DNA of 62,160 bases, filler included. It is 6 parts of 6 records of this genome, joined end to end, with 100 filler letters (N's around TTAATTAATTAA, not from the genome) between each part and the next. Parts side by side here need not be neighbours in the genome. Positions count along the whole stretch, not along the records: positions 33,038 to 46,059 come from SRR2962707_1176; positions 46,160 to 54,340 come from SRR2962707_1177; 4 more parts are not named here. The stretch is one strand, 5' to 3'. A program made the position numbers and the translations under genes. Under the pieces are notes generated by a model, which made no database searches, was not told the origin of the DNA, and saw only the letters and a program-made list of their open reading frames with translations. The number at the start of each line of letters is the position of its first letter. Within the stretch, counting starts at the first letter, position 1. This document shows positions 37,565-47,802 of this stretch, one piece after another.

Positions 37565-38839
37565 ATGTCTGATAATGCTTCCATACTTAAGCGTCGCGTC
37601 GCCGCCATTCCGCGTGGCGTCGGCACGGCCGCACCGATTTTCGTTGCCCGCGCCGAGAACGCCGAAATCTGGGATGTGGAAGGCAAGCGCTACATCGATT
37701 TTGCATCGGGCATCGCGGTTACCAATACCGGCCACCGCCACCCCAGGATCATGAAGGCGGTGGTGGATCAGACCGAGAAATTTGCCCATGTCGCGTTCCA
37801 GGTCACAGGCTATGAAAACTATGTCGAACTGGCTGAGCGGCTGAACAAGGCGGCGCCGATCAAGGACGCCAAGACCATCTTCTTTACCACTGGCGCCGAG
37901 GCGACGGAAAATGCGGTGAAGATTGCCCGGGCGCATACCGGGCGGCCCGGCATCATCACATTTACTGGAGCTTTTCACGGACGCACGCAGCTGACGATGT
38001 CGATGACCGGCAAGGCAGTTCCCTACCGGACGCGGGGCACGCCGCCCAGCGCCGGCGTGTTCCATGTGCCGTTTCCGATCCCGCATCACGGTGTCACCGA
38101 AGACGATGCGATCAAGGCGCTCTATCATCTGTTCAAGGCCGACATCGAGCCGTCGAATGTTGCGGCCATCGTTATCGAGCCGGTGCAGGGCGAAGGCGGA
38201 TTTTACCAGACTCCGGTGCCATTCATGCACAAGCTGCGCGAAATCTGCGATCAATATGAAATTTGTCTGGTCGCAGATGAAGTCCAGTCGGGTTTTGCGC
38301 GCACCGGCAAGATGTTTGCGATCGAGCATTACGGTGTCGAGCCGGATCTGATTCCGATTGCCAAGGCGCTGGGCGGCGGACTTCCCATTTCCGGCCTCAT
38401 TGGCCGTGCCGACATCATGGATGCGGCTGAGCCGGGCGGGCTCGGAGGCACCTATGGCGGCAATCCGCTTTCGGTGGCTGCCGCGCTGGCTGTTCTTGAC
38501 GTGATCGAGGATGAGAAGCTGTGTGACCGCGCCAATGCAATCGGCGCGGTGATGATGGAGCGCCTGCAGACGATGAAACTGAGCAACAGTTTGCGTCCCA
38601 TTGGTGACGTGCGGGGCCTGGGGGCGATGGTTGCCTTTGAGCTGGTCAAGGAGCGCGGCTCGAACGAGCCGGACCCGGATGCGGTCAAGGCTGTTACCTC
38701 GGCGGCACTGGATGCGGGCCTGATCCTGCTGTCGTGCGGGTACTACGGCAACACCATACGGATCCTCTCGCCGCTGACCATAGAGATGGCGCATCTGCAT
38801 GAGGGACTCGACATATTAGAGCTAGCTCTCAAAGCATAA
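37565..38839 (+). CDS. gabT: 4-aminobutyrate/5-aminovalerate:2-oxoglutarate aminotransferase (class III PLP)
   Basis: WDVEGKRYIDFASGIAVTNTGH, TTGAEATENAVKIAR, FHGRT, IEPVQGEGGF, DEVQSGFARTG, the PLP lysine in AKALGGG, and GGTYGGNP. Confidence 0.92.
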   Translation: MSDNASILKRRVAAIPRGVGTAAPIFVARAENAEIWDVEGKRYIDFASGIAVTNTGHRHPRIMKAVVDQTEKFAHVAFQVTGYENYVELAERLNKAAPIKDAKTIFFTTGAEATENAVKIARAHTGRPGIITFTGAFHGRTQLTMSMTGKAVPYRTRGTPPSAGVFHVPFPIPHHGVTEDDAIKALYHLFKADIEPSNVAAIVIEPVQGEGGFYQTPVPFMHKLREICDQYEICLVADEVQSGFARTGKMFAIEHYGVEPDLIPIAKALGGGLPISGLIGRADIMDAAEPGGLGGTYGGNPLSVAAALAVLDVIEDEKLCDRANAIGAVMMERLQTMKLSNSLRPIGDVRGLGAMVAFELVKERGSNEPDPDAVKAVTSAALDAGLILLSCGYYGNTIRILSPLTIEMAHLHEGLDILELALKA

Positions 38840-38908
38840 AGCATGAATACTGCCCTTGCCGCTGAGGCTGGGGGCGGCAAGTTGAATGAGTTTACAAGGG
38901 AGAAAAAC

Positions 38909-39868
38909 ATGAAGCATGTCAGAAATCTCATTGTCGCAGGCGCGATGGCGATGGCTATTTCGCCTTCGGTGGCTGAAGACAAGTTCATCACCATCGGTAC
39001 CGGCGGACAGACCGGTGTTTACTATGTTGTTGGTCAGTCGATTTGCCGTTTGGTCAATCGCGGCACTTCCGAACACAACCTGAAATGCACAGCCCCGTCG
39101 ACCGGTGGATCGATCGCCAACATCAATGCGATTGCCGCAGGTGACATGGATATGGGCGTTGCCCAGTCCGACTGGCAGTACCACGCCTATAACGGTACAT
39201 CGAAGTTTGAAGGCAACAAGGTCGAGAAGCTTCGCGCCGTGTTTTCCGTCCATGGCGAACCGTTCACGGTGATTGCCCGTGCCGATGCCGGAATTTCCAA
39301 TTTCGACGATCTCAAGGGCAAGCGCGTGAATGTTGGCAATCCGGGGTCCGGACAGCTTGCAACCATGGAAGTCGTGCTGGCCGCCAAGGGCTGGACCATG
39401 GGCGATTTCTCGCTCGCTTCAGAGCTGAAGCCGGCAGAACAGGCCGCGGCGCTGGGCGACAACAAGGTTGATGCCATCATCTATACCGTCGGCCATCCGA
39501 ATGGTTCGATCCAGGAAGCAACGTCGACTGTCGAAGCCAAGCTGGTGCCTGTCACCGGTGAAGCCATCGACAAGCTGGTCGCGGACAATGCCTTTTATGC
39601 CAAGGCGACAATTCCGGGCGGGATGTATCCTGGTACTCCGGATGATGTCGACACGTTTGGCGTGAAGGCGACGTTTGTCACTTCTGCCGATGTTGATGAT
39701 GATGTTGTCTATCAGGTTGTCAAAGCGGTGTTTGACAATTTCGACCGCTTCAAGGGTCTGCACCCGGCATTCGCCAACCTCAAGGAAGAGGACATGATCT
39801 CCGGTGGTCTGTCCGCTCCGCTGCATTCCGGTGCTGTGAAGTACTACAAGGAACGTGGCTGGATGTAA
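38909..39868 (+). CDS. TAXI-family TRAP solute-binding protein
   Basis: Signal peptide, ITIGTGGQTGVYY, STGGSIANI, AQSD, GNPGSG, PLHSGAVKYYKE. A GGGAG RBS precedes the ATG. Confidence 0.93.
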   Translation: MKHVRNLIVAGAMAMAISPSVAEDKFITIGTGGQTGVYYVVGQSICRLVNRGTSEHNLKCTAPSTGGSIANINAIAAGDMDMGVAQSDWQYHAYNGTSKFEGNKVEKLRAVFSVHGEPFTVIARADAGISNFDDLKGKRVNVGNPGSGQLATMEVVLAAKGWTMGDFSLASELKPAEQAAALGDNKVDAIIYTVGHPNGSIQEATSTVEAKLVPVTGEAIDKLVADNAFYAKATIPGGMYPGTPDDVDTFGVKATFVTSADVDDDVVYQVVKAVFDNFDRFKGLHPAFANLKEEDMISGGLSAPLHSGAVKYYKERGWM

Positions 39869-39875
39869 TCAGCCC

Positions 39876-39938
39876 GGCTAACCCGAACGGGTTGGCTACC
39901 TGAATTCGCAAGGGCGCAGGACAAACATGCGCCCTTGC
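39876..39938 (+). other. Two intergenic hairpins between the SBP and permease genes (mRNA stabiliser or attenuator)
   Basis: GCTAACCCG-AA-CGGGTTGGC and a perfect 11-bp stem GCAAGGGCGCA...TGCGCCCTTGC; no U tract follows. Confidence 0.55.
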
Positions 39939-40002
39939 CGGAAGTACGATGTTCAGATGTGAGCAGGTGACCGACCCGGAACCGGGCGGCAAGGGGGATC
40001 TC

Positions 40003-42756
40003 ATGGTAGACAAAAACAACGCACAGACGGCGGGAGCTGGAAAGCAGAGCGAGCTTTCTCAATCGGAACTGGATGCGCTTGTCGCGTCTTCTGATACCGG
40101 TGTCCGGGGGACAACGGGTACCGTCGGCAAGTTCATCATGCTTGTTGCCCTGTTCTGGTCGCTGTTTCAGCTCTGGTTTGCTTCTCCAATCCCGTTTGTG
40201 ATCGGATTTGGCGTCTTCAACGACACCGAAGCCCGCTCCATCCATCTGGCATTTGCCATCTTTCTAGCCTTTGCCGCGTTTCCTGCAGACCGGACCAAGT
40301 TTCAACTCGGGCTCGGAATGGCGGTCCCACTGATCCTTGCAGCCCTGTTCATGATGTCGTCGAAGGATGGCACCGCGGTGTGGTGGATCCCGCTGGTGGC
40401 TCTGGCAATTTCCGTCGCGGTCTATCTCGGCTCCTACAGAGACCGGATTCCGCCCTGGGAATGGGCAATGGCCGCTGTCGGCGCCATGGCCGCACTTTAT
40501 CTCTATTTCTTCTATCGTGACATTTCGAGCCGCGTCGGCGCGCCGATCACGCAGGATTTTGTGGTCGCGGTGATAGGTATCCTATTGCTGCTGGAGGCGA
40601 CCCGCCGATCGCTGGGCGCGGCCCTGATGATCGTCGCTTCGGTGTTTCTGGGCTACACGGTTCTCGGGCCCTACATGCCCGACATCATTGCCCACAAGGG
40701 CAACAACCTGTCCGAGATCGTCAACCATCAGTGGATCACCACCGAAGGTGTCTTCGGCATCGCGCTGGGCGTCTCGACCTCGTTCGTTTTCCTGTTCGTC
40801 CTGTTCGGCTCGCTGCTCGATCGCGCTGGCGCCGGCAACTACTTCATCCAGGTGGCATTCAGCCTGATGGGGCATATGCGCGGTGGACCTGCCAAGGCTG
40901 CCGTCGTGTCCTCGGCGATGACAGGTCTGATCTCCGGTTCATCTATTGCCAACGTGGTGACGACGGGTACATTCACGATCCCGCTGATGAAAAAGGTCGG
41001 CTTCTCGGCTGAGAAGGCCGGTGCGGTTGAAGTTGCTTCATCCGTCAACGGGCAGATCATGCCGCCGGTGATGGGCGCTGCAGCCTTCCTGATGGTTGAG
41101 TATGTCGGCATTCCCTATTTCGATGTGGTCAAGCATGCGTTTCTGCCCGCCGTGATCTCCTACATCGCGCTGGTCTATATCGTGCATCTTGAAGCCATGA
41201 AGGCGGGTATGGAGGGGTTGCCTCGCGCGTACACTCCTAAGCCGATTGTGCAACGGTTGATCGGCATTGCCTTCACTATCGCAGCAATCTGCGCGGTCTC
41301 GTTTGCCGTCTATTATGGCATGGGCTGGTTGCGTCCGGCGTTCCCGGTTGCCGCGCCCTATATCGTCTTTGTGCTGATTTCCGCCGCTTACGTTGCCCTG
41401 GTGCGCGTTGCCTCCAAGGAAGCACCGCTTGAGCTGGACGACCCGAATGCCGCGGTCACCAAGCTGCCTTTGCCCGGACCGACAGTTCGCTCGGGCCTGC
41501 ACTACATCCTTCCGGTGGTCGTGCTTGTCTGGGCACTGATGGTGGATCGCCTGTCTCCCGGCCTGTCGGCCTTCTGGGCGACGTCCTACATGGTCTTCAT
41601 TTTGCTGACCCAACGGCCGCTCATGGCGTTTTTCCGTGGCAACAGCCAAATCGGTACCGCCGTCCGGCAGGGTTGGAATGACCTGATTGACGGACTGGTG
41701 GTCGGTGCCCGCAACATGATCGGCATCGGCATAGCCACCGCGACTGCCGGCATCATTGTTGGAACCGTGAGCCAGACAGGTGTGGGTTCTTCGCTGGCTG
41801 ACGTCGTCGAGGTTCTCTCGGGCGGCAACATCATGGCGATCCTGTTCCTCACTGCGATCCTGTCGCTGATCCTCGGGATGGGCCTGCCGACAACGGCGAA
41901 TTACATCGTGGTCTCCGCGCTGCTGGCGCCGGTGATCGTCACGCTCGGGCAGCAGAACGGTCTGCTGGTTCCGTTGATCGCAGTGCATCTGTTCGTGTTC
42001 TACTTCGGCATCATGGCCGACGTGACGCCACCTGTTGGTCTGGCGAGCTTTGCTGCGGCTGCGGTGTCGGGTGGTGATCCGATCAAGACCGGTGTGATTG
42101 CGTTCTTCTACAGCCTGCGCACTGCCGCTTTGCCGTTCCTGTTCATCTTCAACACCGAGTTGCTGCTGATCGATGTGACTTGGCTGCAAGGCATATTCGT
42201 CTTCTGTATAGCGACGGTGGCGATGTTATTGTTCGCCGCAGCCACGCAAGGATGGTTCCTTGTCCGCAACCGCATGTATGAATCCGCGATCCTGCTGCTG
42301 GTGGCCTTCACCCTGTTCCGGCCCGGGTTCTTCATGGACATGATCTTTCCTCCGTATCTGGAAAAGGATCCGGCTGAAATCACCGAAGCCGCCGGGGATA
42401 CGGCAAGTGGCGAATCCCTGCGGGTCCGCGTCGCCGGCGTCAATGATCTTGGTGACCCCATCGAGTTTGTGGCTCTGCTTCCGATTGGAGAGGGCGCGAC
42501 GGGCGAAGAAAAGCTCAGCAATGCCGGGCTTACCTTCCGCCAGGATGGCGACAAGATGATGATCGACGATGTTGCGTTCGGCTCTGCCGCGTCATCCGCC
42601 GGGCTCGATTGGGATCAGCAGGTCTTGCGTGTGCTCAAGCCTGTCGATGTGCCCAGCAAATACTGGATGTTCATTCCGGCCCTGCTGCTGCTGGCTTCCG
42701 TGGTGATGATGCAGCGGCGCCGGTCACCGGCTCCTGTTTCAACCGCAGCCGCGTAA
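40003..42756 (+). CDS. TRAP transporter fused 4TM/12TM permease (TAXI type) with a C-terminal DUF3394-like region
   Basis: EGVFGIALGVST, GGPAKAAV, SGSSIANV.TTG, GQIMPPVMGAAAF, LGMGLPTTANY, ADVTPPVGLA. Confidence 0.93.
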   Translation: MVDKNNAQTAGAGKQSELSQSELDALVASSDTGVRGTTGTVGKFIMLVALFWSLFQLWFASPIPFVIGFGVFNDTEARSIHLAFAIFLAFAAFPADRTKFQLGLGMAVPLILAALFMMSSKDGTAVWWIPLVALAISVAVYLGSYRDRIPPWEWAMAAVGAMAALYLYFFYRDISSRVGAPITQDFVVAVIGILLLLEATRRSLGAALMIVASVFLGYTVLGPYMPDIIAHKGNNLSEIVNHQWITTEGVFGIALGVSTSFVFLFVLFGSLLDRAGAGNYFIQVAFSLMGHMRGGPAKAAVVSSAMTGLISGSSIANVVTTGTFTIPLMKKVGFSAEKAGAVEVASSVNGQIMPPVMGAAAFLMVEYVGIPYFDVVKHAFLPAVISYIALVYIVHLEAMKAGMEGLPRAYTPKPIVQRLIGIAFTIAAICAVSFAVYYGMGWLRPAFPVAAPYIVFVLISAAYVALVRVASKEAPLELDDPNAAVTKLPLPGPTVRSGLHYILPVVVLVWALMVDRLSPGLSAFWATSYMVFILLTQRPLMAFFRGNSQIGTAVRQGWNDLIDGLVVGARNMIGIGIATATAGIIVGTVSQTGVGSSLADVVEVLSGGNIMAILFLTAILSLILGMGLPTTANYIVVSALLAPVIVTLGQQNGLLVPLIAVHLFVFYFGIMADVTPPVGLASFAAAAVSGGDPIKTGVIAFFYSLRTAALPFLFIFNTELLLIDVTWLQGIFVFCIATVAMLLFAAATQGWFLVRNRMYESAILLLVAFTLFRPGFFMDMIFPPYLEKDPAEITEAAGDTASGESLRVRVAGVNDLGDPIEFVALLPIGEGATGEEKLSNAGLTFRQDGDKMMIDDVAFGSAASSAGLDWDQQVLRVLKPVDVPSKYWMFIPALLLLASVVMMQRRRSPAPVSTAAA

Positions 42757-42776
42757 TCCGAACGAGGAGAATTGAT

Positions 42777-43208
42777 ATGTACAAAACGATCCTTGTCACC
42801 ATCGATCTGTCACATAAACCGTCATGGGAACTGGCTCTGCCGGAAGCCATTGCGCTGGCCAAGGCCAGTGGCGGAGCGCTGCACGTGTTGACGGTGGTGC
42901 CGGTTGTCCGGTCGCCGCTGGTTGAGGGGTATCTGCCGGCGGGTTTCGAGACGAACGCGCTCGAGGAAGCCAGGACGCAGCTCAACGCGATCGTTGCGGA
43001 GAACATCGATAAATCAATCGATACCCACGTTCATATGGCGCACGGCGTTGTGCATATGGAAATCCTGAAGGCCATCGAGACCCATCACGCGGATCTGGTG
43101 GTCATGGCCAGCCATTCTCCCGACCGGGTTCGGGAGTTCCTGGTCGGTTCGCAAGCCGACCGGGTGGTCCGGCGTTCGCCCGTTTCGGTTCTGGTTGTCA
43201 GGAAATAA
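42777..43208 (+). CDS. Universal stress protein
   Basis: MYKTILVTID...ADLVVMASH...LVGSQADRVVRRSPVSVLVVR, with a GAGGAG RBS. Confidence 0.92.
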   Translation: MYKTILVTIDLSHKPSWELALPEAIALAKASGGALHVLTVVPVVRSPLVEGYLPAGFETNALEEARTQLNAIVAENIDKSIDTHVHMAHGVVHMEILKAIETHHADLVVMASHSPDRVREFLVGSQADRVVRRSPVSVLVVRK

Positions 43209-43276
43209 AGAGCCGGAGTTTTTGCCGCAATCCTGCGGTGCCCGGCCCTGAACATGATCCACGGAGCTTACCCCAT

Positions 43277-44239
43277 ATGACACCTTTCGCAATCGCCGGC
43301 ATACAGATGTATGTCAATGCAGTTGAATCCAACGTCGAGACCATGCTGCACAAGCTTGATGTGGTGATGGCGCGGTTTCCCTGGACACAAATGGTTGTGT
43401 TCAGCGAGCTGGCACCCTTCGGACCGTTGTCGCGATTTGCACAACCGCTTCTCAATGAAACAATTGAAAAGTTTCAGGCGGCAGCACGGCGCTACAATGT
43501 CTGGGTCATACCCGGGTCGATGTTTGAGCAAGCGGATGACGGATTGATCTACAACACCTCCACGGTGATCAATCCGCAAGGCGAGATCGTTTCGCACTAC
43601 CGAAAGATGTTCCCTTTCCTGCCCTATGAGGCGGGGATTGCGGGAGGCACTGAATTCTGTGTCTTTGATGTTCCCGGTGTCGGCCGGTTCGGCCTCTCGA
43701 TCTGCTACGACATCTGGTTCCCGGAAACGACGCGCCATTTGACCAGCATGGGGGTCGAAGTCCTCATTCATCCTGTGCTGACCGGTACGATCGACCGATC
43801 AACCGAGATTGCGATTGCGCAAGCCACCGCCGCGCAATTCCAGTGTTATGTCTTCGATATCAATGGCCTGGGGGCCGGTGGCATCGGTCAGTCCTGTGTG
43901 GTTTCACCTTCGGCTACGATCCTGCATCGCTCAATGGCGGGCGAGGATATGTTCCCCGTCGAAATCGACCTCGACCAGGTCCGCCGCCAGCGCGAAACCG
44001 GATTCATGGGGCTGGGTCAGGTGCTCAAGAGTTTCAGGGATCGAGCCGTCGATTTTCCGGTCTACAACCGGGCCAGCGGCGTGGATGGCTATTTGCACAC
44101 CCTGGGAAAACTCGAAACTCCAGGACAGGGATCCAAGGCCGGATTGCCGTTATCGGCCGTCCCTGCAGTCGACCCTTTGCTTCCGCCCGCATCTGCAGCC
44201 GCATTGCCTCTGGCGGCAGGCAAGACGGTCGCGGGCTAA
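43277..44239 (+). CDS. Carbon-nitrogen hydrolase (nitrilase superfamily amidase)
   Basis: Glu-Lys-Cys triad motifs VVFSEL, YRKMFP and ICYDIWFPE. Confidence 0.9.
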   Translation: MTPFAIAGIQMYVNAVESNVETMLHKLDVVMARFPWTQMVVFSELAPFGPLSRFAQPLLNETIEKFQAAARRYNVWVIPGSMFEQADDGLIYNTSTVINPQGEIVSHYRKMFPFLPYEAGIAGGTEFCVFDVPGVGRFGLSICYDIWFPETTRHLTSMGVEVLIHPVLTGTIDRSTEIAIAQATAAQFQCYVFDINGLGAGGIGQSCVVSPSATILHRSMAGEDMFPVEIDLDQVRRQRETGFMGLGQVLKSFRDRAVDFPVYNRASGVDGYLHTLGKLETPGQGSKAGLPLSAVPAVDPLLPPASAAALPLAAGKTVAG

Positions 44240-44313
44240 AGCCTACGAGATCAAAAATCTACGAGAAAACCGGAGATCTTGCAGAAGATTGAGTAACCGA
44301 AAAGGAAAAATTG

Positions 44314-46059
44314 ATGCAATCAATGAGCGATTACTACTCTGCAGTTCAACTTCGAACGGATCGATGGAGCGCGTTGCGCGAAGCGTTGGATTTCCTCAAG
44401 CGCGAGCCGGATGGCCGCAAGGCCAAGGCCACACGGACAAAGATCAACGAGCTCTTCGAGTCGCTCTCGCTCATTGAGGCTTATTGGGCCTTTCCAGGTG
44501 TTTCTGCTTTCTCACATATGCAACGCCAGTTCGATCACGGAAACATCGACGATGCGGCGTTCAGTGTCCGTCGTGTGCTACGAGCCCTGACGACCGGCGC
44601 CTACCGCCGCCGTCACATTCCGCTCGACAGGGAAGTGGCGGACGCAGAGGAGAATGAGGACGAGGCTGTTCTGTCGCCGGAAGCCCGGGCACTGACCAAA
44701 CCCTATTTCGAGGTGATGATTGTTGATGATCTCAACGAGCATCAGGAACGCTGGTTGAAAAACAGCCTTCAATCAATGCGGCGTGCGGATGATCAGTTCA
44801 CCTATGAATCGGTTGTTGTTCCCAGTCTTCAGGACGCGCTTATCGGCATCCTGTTCAACCACAACATTCAGGCCATCATCGTCCGCCCCGGTCTGAAGCT
44901 TGAATCCAAGGTCGAGCTGCCGATCCTGACCCGCTATCTCAATCGCGCTGGCGGTATTGATGAAATCGATGAGATTGCGCCCGAGGATTATGGTCCGGAG
45001 CTTTGCCGGCTGATCCAGAAGGTCCGGCCAGAACTTGATGCTTATCTCGTCACCGATCGTTCGGTCGAAGCGATCGCCGGTCTTGATCTCGGCATCTGTC
45101 GCCGCGTCTTCTACAATCAGGAAGACTTCATGGAGTTGCACCTCAACATCCTTCGCGGTGTTCAGGCGCGCTACAAGACGCCGTTCTTCACAGCCCTGAA
45201 GGAATACTCGAAACAGCCGACCGGGGTGTTTCACGCCATGCCGATCAGCCGCGGCAAATCCATTTCCCGGTCCCACTGGATCCAGGATATGGGCGCCTTC
45301 TACGGCCCCAACATCTTCATGGCCGAGACATCGGCCACAAGCGGCGGTCTGGACAGTCTGCTTGAGCCGCACGGGCCGATCAAGGAAGCGCAGGAACTTG
45401 CTGCGCGGGCTTTTGGCGCCAAGCAGACCTTCTTCTCCACCAATGGCACCTCGACCTGCAACAAGATTGTCGTCCAGGCGCTGGTGCGTCCGGGTGATAT
45501 CGTTCTGGTCGACCGTGACTGCCACAAATCCCACCATTACGGGATGGTTCTGGCCGGCGCTCAGGTGGTCTATCTCGACAGCTATCCGCTCAATGAATAC
45601 TCGATGTATGGCGCGGTCCCGCTGAAGGAAATCAAGCATCAGTTGCTGAAACTGAAGGCGGCTGGCAAGCTTGATCGGGTCAGGATGCTGCTCCTGACAA
45701 ACTGCACGTTTGACGGCATTGTCTACAATGTCGAGCGGGTGATGGAGGAATGTCTTGCCATCAAATCCGATCTGGTCTTCCTCTGGGATGAAGCGTGGTT
45801 CGCGTTCGCCCGCTTTGGCCCGACCTACCGTCAGCGCACGGGGATGAATGCGGCCAAGAACTTGCGAGACAAGATCAAGACGCCGCATTACGCCAAGCTT
45901 TACGAAAAACAGCAGGCTAAACTCAAGGATGCAGACGACGAAACGCTTCTCAAGACGCGTCTGCTGCCGCCGCCCAGTTCACGGATCCGGGTCTATTCGA
46001 CCCAATCGACACACAAGACGCTGACATCTCTGCGGCAGGGGTCGATGATCCACGTCAAC
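44314..46059 (+). CDS. Large PLP-dependent Orn/Lys/Arg-decarboxylase-family enzyme with an N-terminal helical and receiver-like region; 3'-truncated
   Basis: FHAMPISRG, SGGLDSLLEPHGPIKEAQ, TNGTSTCNKIV, DRDCHKSHHY, TNCTFDG, WDEAWF, and the PLP lysine motif TQSTHKTL. Confidence 0.9.
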
Positions 46060-46159
46060 NNNNNNNNNNNNNNNNNNNNNNNNNNNNNNNNNNNNNNNNN
46101 NNNTTAATTAATTAANNNNNNNNNNNNNNNNNNNNNNNNNNNNNNNNNNNNNNNNNNNN
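46060..46159. other. Artificial contig linker
   Basis: N44-TTAATTAATTAA-N44. Confidence 0.99.
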
Positions 46160-46160
46160 C

Positions 46161-46973
46161 CAGTTCATGGGCAAGGATAACGTGCCCTTTCACACGCTCT
46201 CTTTCCCCGTCACGATCCTCGGTTCGGGCGAACCGTGGAAGCTTGTCGACTATATCAAGTCGTTCAACTACCTGAACTACGAAGGTGGCCAATTCTCGAC
46301 ATCACGGGGTCGCGGCGTCTTCATGGATCAAGCGCTTGAGATCCTGCCGTCGGATTACTGGCGCTGGTGGCTTCTGTCTCATGCGCCCGAATCCTCGGAT
46401 GCAGAATTCACTTGGGAAAATTTCCAGACCTCGGTGAACAAGGATCTTGCCGATGTCCTCGGCAACTTCGCATCACGCGTCACCAAGTTCTGCCGCTCAA
46501 AATTCAGCGAAGCGGTGCCCGCAGGCGGCACCATGGGCCCGCACGAAGATCAGCTGATCGCCGATATCACCGCGCGCCTTGCCGACTATCAGACGCAGAT
46601 GGAACACGTCGAAGTGCGCAAGGCCGCCGCCGCCCTGCGCGCGCTCTGGGTGCTAGGCAACGAATACCTGCAAGAGGTCGCCCCCTGGACCACCATCAAG
46701 ACGAATCCTGAACAGGCGGCAATGCAGACGCGCCTGGGCTTGAACCTGATCCGGCTATACGGCGTGCTCTCTTCGCCCTTTATTCCAGATGCGTCGGCAC
46801 AGCTGCTTTCGGACCTGAACGCAACCGATGCCGTATGGCCTGACGATATCGCAACCGCGCTTACCGCCTTGCCCGAAGGCCATGCCTTCACCGTCCCGGA
46901 GGTCACGTTCCGCAAGATCACAGATGACGAGCGTGCCGACTGGCAGACACGCTTTTCCGGAATCCGCACCTGA
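46161..46973 (+). CDS. metG: Methionyl-tRNA synthetase, 5'-truncated, short form without the C-terminal tRNA-binding domain
   Basis: [15 protein letters not shown]-equivalent [19 protein letters not shown]...APW. Confidence 0.95.
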   Translation, partial: QFMGKDNVPFHTLSFPVTILGSGEPWKLVDYIKSFNYLNYEGGQFSTSRGRGVFMDQALEILPSDYWRWWLLSHAPESSDAEFTWENFQTSVNKDLADVLGNFASRVTKFCRSKFSEAVPAGGTMGPHEDQLIADITARLADYQTQMEHVEVRKAAAALRALWVLGNEYLQEVAPWTTIKTNPEQAAMQTRLGLNLIRLYGVLSSPFIPDASAQLLSDLNATDAVWPDDIATALTALPEGHAFTVPEVTFRKITDDERADWQTRFSGIRT

Positions 46974-47015
46974 CGACCCGTCAGGTTGATACGCCGCACC
47001 CCGGTCGCCACACGC

Positions 47016-47048
47016 AAAAACGCCGGCCCCCGCAGGGACCGGCGTTTT
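47016..47048. terminator. Bidirectional rho-independent terminator between the convergent metG and PPIase genes
   Basis: AAAAA-CGCCGGCCCC-CGCA-GGGACCGGCG-TTTT. Confidence 0.8.
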
Positions 47049-47099
47049 CAATCAAACCGGTGTGGCCGAAGGCCACTCAATCGGATCGAGCATGGCCGC

Positions 47100-47528
47100 T
47101 CAGGCGATTTCGACCAATTCGATGGCAAAGGTCAGATCCTTGCCCGCCAGCGGGTGGTTCGCATCCAGCGTCACCTCCGCCTCGGTCACTTCGACCACCG
47201 TCACCGGCATCACCTCACCGGTCGGTGTCTGCACCTGCAGCTGCGTGCCTAGGTCCAGCGAAATATCATCCGGAATTTCGGTGCGCGGCACGGCTTGAAG
47301 TGCCTCGGGGTTGGGCTGGCCATAGGCTTCGTCGGCCACAATCGCCACAGTCTTCTTCTCGCCGATGGTCATGCCCGGCATCGCCTTGTCTAGCCCGGGA
47401 ATGATCTGCCCGGACCCAACAGTGAATTCCAGCGGATCGCGCCCTGCAGAACTGTCGAAAGTCGAACCGTCTGCCAGTGTCCCGGTGTAATGAATGCGCA
47501 CGGTGTCACCCGTTTTCACTTCTGTCAT
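47100..47528 (-). CDS. FKBP-type peptidyl-prolyl isomerase (SlyD/SlpA-like, no His-rich tail)
   Basis: VRIHYTGTLADGSTFDSS..RDPL.F.VG.GQIIPGL, AYG, DANHPLAGKDLTF. The start is taken at MTEVK rather than the longer ORF. Confidence 0.92.
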   Translation of the reverse strand: MTEVKTGDTVRIHYTGTLADGSTFDSSAGRDPLEFTVGSGQIIPGLDKAMPGMTIGEKKTVAIVADEAYGQPNPEALQAVPRTEIPDDISLDLGTQLQVQTPTGEVMPVTVVEVTEAEVTLDANHPLAGKDLTFAIELVEIA

Positions 47529-47802
47529 ATGGAAATCCAGTCTTGTCTGAAAGGTTAATTGAGGAGGCCGCGCTTTGCGCGGGTGCTCCAGTTCAGCGCT
47601 GAATTTAGGGACGTCGCGCACGAATTGCAAACCGACTGGCCGGAATTCCCCAGCAAAAGCGCCATTAGCTGCAATCACCGCCCCCTGGCCTCCCCTCCTC
47701 CATCGGGGTCCTGTTTCCGCGCCGTAACCGGCGACATCTTTCACCCTTTCCTCCGCAGCGTCAGCATGACAGTCTGTCCCCAACGCGAAAGCGAGGGAAC
47801 CC

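Noticed and set aside
37442..38800. 452-aa antisense ORF over gabT (and similar ones at 41038-42189, 44773-45888, 262-1221)
   Set aside because: Shadow ORFs from GC-rich codon bias opposite well-supported genes; no recognisable motifs.
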